From Octopus vulgaris (taxonomy: Eukaryota): a stretch of 64,000 nt of DNA. The position numbers were made by a program, and so were the translations under genes. Each line of letters begins with the position of its first letter. The stretch's first letter is position 1. Of this stretch, positions 57,784 through 64,000 are shown in pieces. The stretch spans positions 46,810,001-46,874,000 of the forward strand of contig OX597829.1 of assembly GCA_951406725.2 (NCBI GenBank), written 5' to 3'. The notes under the pieces were generated by a model, which saw nothing but the letters and a program-made list of their open reading frames with translations, did not search any database and was not told the origin of the DNA.

Positions 57784-57929
57784 GAACGACGAGTTTCTTT
57801 CAGTTTCCGTCTACCAAATTCACTCACAAGGCTTTGGTTGGCTCGAGGCTATAGTAGAAGACACTTACCCGGCTGAACCCGGAACCATGTGGTTGGTAAA
57901 CAAGCTACTTGCCACACAGCCGCTTTGCG

Positions 57930-58000
<71 letters not shown>

Positions 58001-58107
58001 ACACACGACGGGTTTCTTTCAATTTCTATCTATTAAATCCACTTACACGGCTCCGGTCGGCCTGTGGTTGGCAAGCAAGGTACTTGCCACACAGCCACTC
58101 CTGCGCC
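57461..58107 (-). mobile_element. SINE family A (57461-57931) and a deleted second copy (58005-58107)
   Basis: Reverse-complement family matches. Confidence 0.85.
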
Positions 58108-58568
58108 TGTAGCAAGCTACACATACTGTCTATTTAAATTAATCTCAATATATTAATATTTTAATAGTTTTCTAAACTCGTTTGGAGTAATGTTTTGGTC
58201 GGATGTGTTCACTTTAATTATCAGCATTCAGTCCTTGTCCTTACATACGATATCTGAAAGGTTAGCCTTGATTTTCTCACCAGTTTGTATAGGTATGTAT
58301 CACATGATAGCAACTAAGTTTTTCTCATGCAGTATTTAGTACATCTTTGTATTTTACAAGCTGACCCTGTACTGTCAAAAATGACGGCTAACTGTAGTAT
58401 TTTATATATAAATAAGGTACAAAATAAGGTACATAAAAATCACAGATATACAGATTCACATATTTCCCTTGTACATGCACAAAAATACACATACACACAT
58501 ACACTCAGAGTTGAAAAGCTGTTTGATTTTTCTTTTTAGCGCTGAATGTTCTCCATCCAATTTCCATT

Positions 58569-58605
<37 letters not shown>

Positions 58606-58942
58606 TTCACATACCTCCCTTTTACATACACACACATATACTCACACAGAGTTGAAACGCTGAGTTTTTTCACCCCTTCCTTCGTCATTCATCTATTACC
58701 CCTTCTTTTCTCATTCATATATTGTGACGGAGAAAAATAGAAGATACACGATGTGCACTTTGCCACTTCCTTTCGCCATTGCTATTACTTTCTCTCACTC
58801 TCACTCAGTCAGGGATATTACTCTCACTACTTCTCCTTCACAGAATTACTGTTTTCTCTCCTCTCCTTTCACTTATACTACTCTTTCTCGTACTCTGTCC
58901 TACTCCTACTCTTTGTGATTTTGGACACACGCACACACACAC

Positions 58943-59001
<59 letters not shown>

Positions 59002-59009
59002 TAAGAAAG

Positions 59010-59490
59010 TTTGTTTAGTAAAGCACGTGGGTGAATATATAGCAACTACTGCCACAATTTTTAATCTTCCCATTTTACCAATGTGCTTTCGGATCATCAA
59101 CACAAATGAGACTGAACAAGGAAACATTCTTCTATTGAAAAGTACAAACCCAGACTCAACCATCCGAACATACTGACACAGAGAAATTAACAAGGAAAAG
59201 GGAAAAAAAATTTTTAAGCGATTATCTCCCTTACACCGGAAGAAATCACTCACTACCTCCCCTTATTTAGAAATCTCCTGGAAATAAAAACAACGATAAC
59301 TCCATGCAATATAAACATAACGTCACAAGAAATTTGAAAAGCTACACGCGAAACCGGTAATTTCTTTAAAAATTTTAAAATTATGTCATTTTAAGGAAAG
59401 GAAAAAAAATTTTTCCAATATTCTCCAGACATTTTGACACAAATATATATATTTTTTAACATTTAAGCCTTCTGTCGTTTTTTCACACTT
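59010..59490 (+). mobile_element. Penelope-like element 3' fragment with downstream pseudo-LTR region
   Basis: Reads LPQFLIFPFYQCAFGSSTQMRLNKETFF/IEKYKPRLN, homologous to the FLIFPFHKL...KIKE end of the element at 18600; followed by a hammerhead-like motif. Confidence 0.7.
59327..59366 (+). ncRNA. Minimal type-I hammerhead ribozyme-like motif, U3-A8 core variant
   Basis: AAGAAAT TTGAAAA GC-tacac-GC GAA ACCGGT A ATTTCTT: 7-bp stem I, 2-bp stem II, palindromic stem III, GUA cleavage triplet. Confidence 0.6.
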
Positions 59491-59498
59491 TACTATTT

Positions 59499-59565
<67 letters not shown>

Positions 59566-59584
59566 TATATATATATACATACAT

Positions 59585-59616
<32 letters not shown>

Positions 59617-60230
59617 TTATATATGAACACTATGCTCATTATTATATTAAGAGATGCCTGCGTTGACACTGGAGTATAGACATGTTGCCCGCTAGAAATA
59701 GCTGTTGATTTGATCGTGCATATGTTTAAGCTTATACTTAAAGTTATTAAGGATTGAAGAGGCAAAACTGATTAATCAACCGGCTCGTACTGTTCGCACG
59801 ATGCACAAATGATTTGACATCTTTACCTGTTTAACGTAATGGACCTGTGCAACTGGAGTCAGACATTTTGTTTCTGCTGTTAATCAAATGCTTTTGAACC
59901 GTTGTTTTCTTTCTGTCTGGTTTCCTTCTTCTCTGTCGAGCCATGAAATTATTGGTCGTCATGGAATTTCTCTTCATTCTTTCACAATATTATTTAAAAA
60001 TCCCTTTTTGATTTTTTTTATATAAACTTTTCTGTTGTTTTGTATGTGTTTAAATCATTTCTGCGTTGATACTTTCCAGATTGCACTTAATAATTCCGTT
60101 CAACAGCGTAAAGAGTTTTGTCTGTTTCAAATTGTTTCCTTGTTACATTTAATACCTTCCGTTTGTTTATAAGTACTTTCTTATATAACTGTTGTTATTT
60201 TCTAGTAGTTTTTTTTTGTATATATAAAGA

Positions 60231-60280
60231 TGGAGGCACAATGGCCCAGTGGTTAGGGCAGCAGAATCGCGGTCGTAGGT
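60231..60280 (+). mobile_element. SINE family C head fragment
   Basis: tggaggcacaatggcccagtggttagggcagcagaatcgcggtcgtagg. Confidence 0.8.
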
Positions 60281-60439
60281 TAAGAGTGCGCATCATTATT
60301 AGTTAACCTTTCTCTCTCCCCCTCCCTTTCCCAGCCTTGTGTGTGATGTAGTTATATATCATACATATCTGTATCAGGTTTGGGTGGAGACTTCGTAATT
60401 ATTATCAGTAGTTTTATGTTTCTATTTTGAATTCTACAG

Positions 60440-60760
60440 TTTCCTAAACTTCCTGTTATGATAAAACCAGTGATAATAAGAATATTTGAATACTTGAATC
60501 TTATTTCTAGCATCAACTTTAATTTATCTTTTATATTCTACTCTTTCCTGGTTTCCTTGTTCATTTTTTGTGTTGAATCTCAGTAGTTTTCCTATATATT
60601 GGTAGGAATGTTTCGGGTCTAATTCAATAACTTCGGTGTCTGTAGCTCAATTTAATGCTATCAGTTTTAGTCAATTTGTCTCTACTTATAAAGCAGTTTT
60701 TACAATTTGTCTTGTCCCACACTCATTGTTTTGCCCAGCACTAATTTACGAATAGTTTCC
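60440..60760 (-). mobile_element. Heavily degraded R4/Dong-like reverse transcriptase fragment
   Basis: Frameshifted minus-strand pieces GQDK...KLTKTDSIKL...IELDPKHSYQYIG...IQHKK...KETRKE resemble the FGxxKC...YKYLG...IKKEY region of R4-type RTs. Confidence 0.5.
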
Positions 60761-60887
60761 TTGTAAATATCTTAAAATCAAGCGTTTGTATAACTGTGTG
60801 TACTCGCAAGTACGGATGTCTAGGCGTAGGCATAGCTGTGTAGGCGCAGGCGTAGGTGTGGATATATAAGCACTGGCATGGATGTGC

Positions 60888-61045
60888 AGGCACAAGAGTA
60901 GCTCTGTGATAAGACGTTTGTTTCCCATGGTTTTGGGTCCAATCGCACGCCGTAGTACGTTGGGCAAGTATCTTCTACTATAAACCTGCACCGACCAAAG
61001 CATTGTGAGAGGATTTGATGGATGGAATCTGAAGGCAGCTTGTCG
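60888..61045 (+). mobile_element. Degenerate SINE family A 5' half
   Basis: ttgggcaagtatcttctactata...ccgaccaaagcattgtgag.ggatttg. Confidence 0.75.
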
Positions 61046-61058
61046 GGAATATGAATAT

Positions 61059-61150
<92 letters not shown>

Positions 61151-61342
61151 CATATGTATATGCATATGAATATATATGTGTATATATATATATATGTGTG
61201 TGTGTGCGTATGTGTATTTACTGACATACGGACGGACAGACAAACATAAATAGACAGATAAATGAATATGTACGTATGTACGAACGTATGTATGTATGTA
61301 TGTTTGTATGGATGGATGGCTGGATGGATGGATGGATGGATG

Positions 61343-61554
61343 GAGAGTTTTGCAGATTTTTACAGTTCCATTGATGGATTGGATCTGTAGTCTTCGAATT
61401 AGATTTCTCCTTCCTGGTTTTGAGAAGTCTTAATTTCTCAAGATTGGTGTTTAGGCAGTGTGTTACACATCCCAGGCCTCGAATAATTACAGGTATTAAA
61501 CCTAAACTTGTAATCTGGATAGAGTAATTGCAGATTTCTCAATAGTTCAGCGTA
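61343..61554 (-). mobile_element. RLE-type LINE C-terminal fragment embedded in TATG/GATG repeats
   Basis: Minus strand reads YAELLRNLQLLYPDYKFRF/IPVIIRGLGCVTHCLNTNLEKL...RRLQIQSINGTVKICKT (Y-x-E-L...P-I-I-x-G-x-L-G...G-T pattern). Confidence 0.65.
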
Positions 61555-62029
61555 TGTATATATATGTATGTTTGCGGATGTATGTGTACATGTATATATG
61601 TGTGCATGTAGACGTGTGAATGTTTACTTATTGTGTGTTTTTTTGTTGTGTGTGCGCGTGTATTAGTGCTGTCTTTGTGCTTCTGTTTGTTCCGCACCAC
61701 ATTTTGCTAACCGGGGCTCATTTGGTCAACTGAACACGTGAGGTCGGTGGTCCATCATGGCGTCAGTAAAAATAAATAAAAGCGAAAAGGAAAATTTTAA
61801 AAGAGGATACGTTTCATAGTTTTACCTGTAGTATCTGCACCTTACAGTGCTTTCCCTCATCAGATGTGTTTCAGGAGTCAGAGATACGCAAAACTGTACG
61901 AAATAACAGCTCCCTCTAAAAGATCCCTTTTCATACTGGTGCGGATCTAGCTTCAGTTATCTTTCCATGCTCTCTAATAATTCTATTTTCCATTTTGACC
62001 TGGCATGGTTGATGTGCTTTGTTAATATT

Positions 62030-62447
62030 TACTCTTACTCTTTTACTCTTTTAGTTGTTTCCGTCATTTGACTGTGGCCATGCTGGAGCACCACCTTTTA
62101 GTCGAGCAAATCGACCCCAGGACTTATTCTTTGTAAGCCTAGTACTTATTCTATCGGTCTCTTTTGCCGAACCGCTAAGTTACGGGGACGTAAACACAAC
62201 AACATCGGTTGTCAAGCGATGTTGGGGGGGGGGGCAAACACAGACACACAAACATGCACACACACATATATATATACATACATACATATATACGACGGGC
62301 TTCTTTCAGTTTCCGTCTACCAAATTCACTCACAAGGCTTTGGTCGACCCGAGGCTGTAGTTGAAGACACTTGCCCAAGGTGCCACACTGAACCCGGAAC
62401 CATGTGGTTGGTAAGCAAGCTACTTACCACACAGCCACTCCTGCGCC
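62030..62447 (-). mobile_element. SINE family A
   Basis: Full reverse-complement match with a small deletion after the B-box. Confidence 0.92.
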
Positions 62448-63259
62448 TATTTGAAGTACTTTATTATTGTAGAAAGTCACCGTTATCAAGAAGTGTATAA
62501 TACTATCAAACACCTTTCGGTAGTCAATCCAGGCTATGCTCAGTTTTGTTTCATTCTCTTTACAATCGTTAATTTCAAAGCCAGTTATTCTTTTCCGGCT
62601 CTCTTTCTGTTCGTTTCGTAATATATTATTGTTCTCCAGACGAATAATTTAGTTTGTTGTTGTATATTGATGTAAGTAGCATGCTCATTATAGGCCTGTG
62701 GTTTCACACAAGTCTTTGGTATCAAGTGTTTTTGGGAAATTAATGATGATTTCTTCCCTTTCGGCAGCCATTCCGCTTTTTATTCCTGTCAACTTACAAC
62801 ACCATTCAATACCATCAACATATACCTCAGAGTACAGGTCAAGTTCTTCAGTGAAGTGTTAGGGATTATGTTAATCGTAGATGCTTTTCACTTACTTGCA
62901 ATTCGCAATGTACAAGTGATTTCCCTGTTTTTGTTGGGGTTTTTTTCATATATTTTTATAAAGATCGCAAACAAATTTGTTCATACTATCTTGACTCTAT
63001 GTAGATGCATATTTCTCTTTCGGTGATACATTATAAATTGTGTTCTTTCATTGAACTGCCCAGCATGGCATAGTGTCCCTTGAGAAAGTGCAGCACTTTG
63101 CTTTACTATTTGTTCTCGTAGCGCATATGTTTGCAGATGGCAATCTCAGTTGCAGTACTCAAATAGGTATCTTACATATAAACTAAGCTCTACCTATCAG
63201 GATTGAGTCACGATATACATACTTGCATAGATACATACATACATGCATGCATACATACA

Positions 63260-63293
<34 letters not shown>

Positions 63294-63321
63294 CATGCAT
63301 GCATACATATATATACACATA

Positions 63322-63376
<55 letters not shown>

Positions 63377-63377
<1 letters not shown>

Positions 63378-63760
63378 TGGAGGCGCAATGGCCCAGTGGT
63401 TAGGGCAGCAGACTCGCGGTCGTAGGATCGCGATTTCGATTCTAAGACCGGTCGTTGTCAGTGCGAAAACGCCTAAAGCTCCGCGAAGCCCCGACAGAGG
63501 GCGGTGGTCAATCCGGCTGTATTCTTTCCCCACAACTTCCTCTCACTCTTTCTTCCTGTTTCTGTTGTTGTATCTGTATTTCAAAGGGGCTACCCTTGTC
63601 ACACTCTGTGTCACGCTGAATCTCCTCGAGAACTATGTTAAGGTTACACGTGTCTGTGGAGTGCTCAGCCACTTGCATGTTGATTTCACGAGCAGGCTGT
63701 TCCGTTGATCGGATCAACTGGAACCCTCGTCGCCGTTAACGACGGAGTGACACAACGACG
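63377..63760 (+). mobile_element. SINE family C, full length
   Basis: Colinear with the reverse complement of 15181-15565. Confidence 0.92.
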
Positions 63761-63769
63761 ATATATATA

Positions 63770-63996
63770 GGCAGCGAGCTGGCAGAAACGTTAGCACGCC
63801 GGGCGAAATGCTTAGCGGTATTTCGTCTGCCGCTACGTTCTGAGTTCAAATTCCGCCGAGGCCGACTTTGCCTTTCATCCTTTCGGGGTCGATAAATTAA
63901 GTACCAGTTACACACTGGGCTCGATGTAATCAACTTACTCCGTTTGTCTGTCCTTGTTTGCCCCCTCTGTGTTTAGCCCCTCGTGGGTAGTAAAGA
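63770..63996 (+). mobile_element. SINE family B, full length
   Basis: ggcagcgagctggcagaaacgttagcacg...gagttcaaattcc...gtgggtagtaaaga. Confidence 0.92.
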
Positions 63997-64000
63997 TATA

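Overview
AT-rich, repeat-saturated eukaryotic DNA with no recognisable host protein-coding exon; it reads as intronic or intergenic. The tRNA-headed SINEs, very dense di-/tri-/tetranucleotide microsatellites and LINE types fit an octopus (coleoid cephalopod) genome; this is inferred from repeat style, not from a search. Most ORFs in the track are microsatellite translation artefacts. The only real coding remnants are transposon fragments: an RTE 3' end nested in a Penelope-like GIY-YIG element, a CR1-like 3' end, several R4/Dong-like and HERO-like restriction-like-endonuclease LINE ends, and mariner pieces. There are four SINE families (labelled A-D here) and two non-autonomous Helitrons. The most interesting signals are: (1) a textbook candidate recursive splice site (branch point, pyrimidine tract, CAG|GTGAGT) at 52872/52873; (2) a dispersed set of minimal type-I hammerhead-ribozyme-like motifs, one with a compensatory U3-A8 core next to a Penelope 3' end; (3) a SINE family that recurs as head + (body)n concatemers with the same junction at independent loci; (4) a fold-back mariner derivative with the 5' end on both sides. 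Element boundaries were read by eye and are approximate unless a TSD is given.
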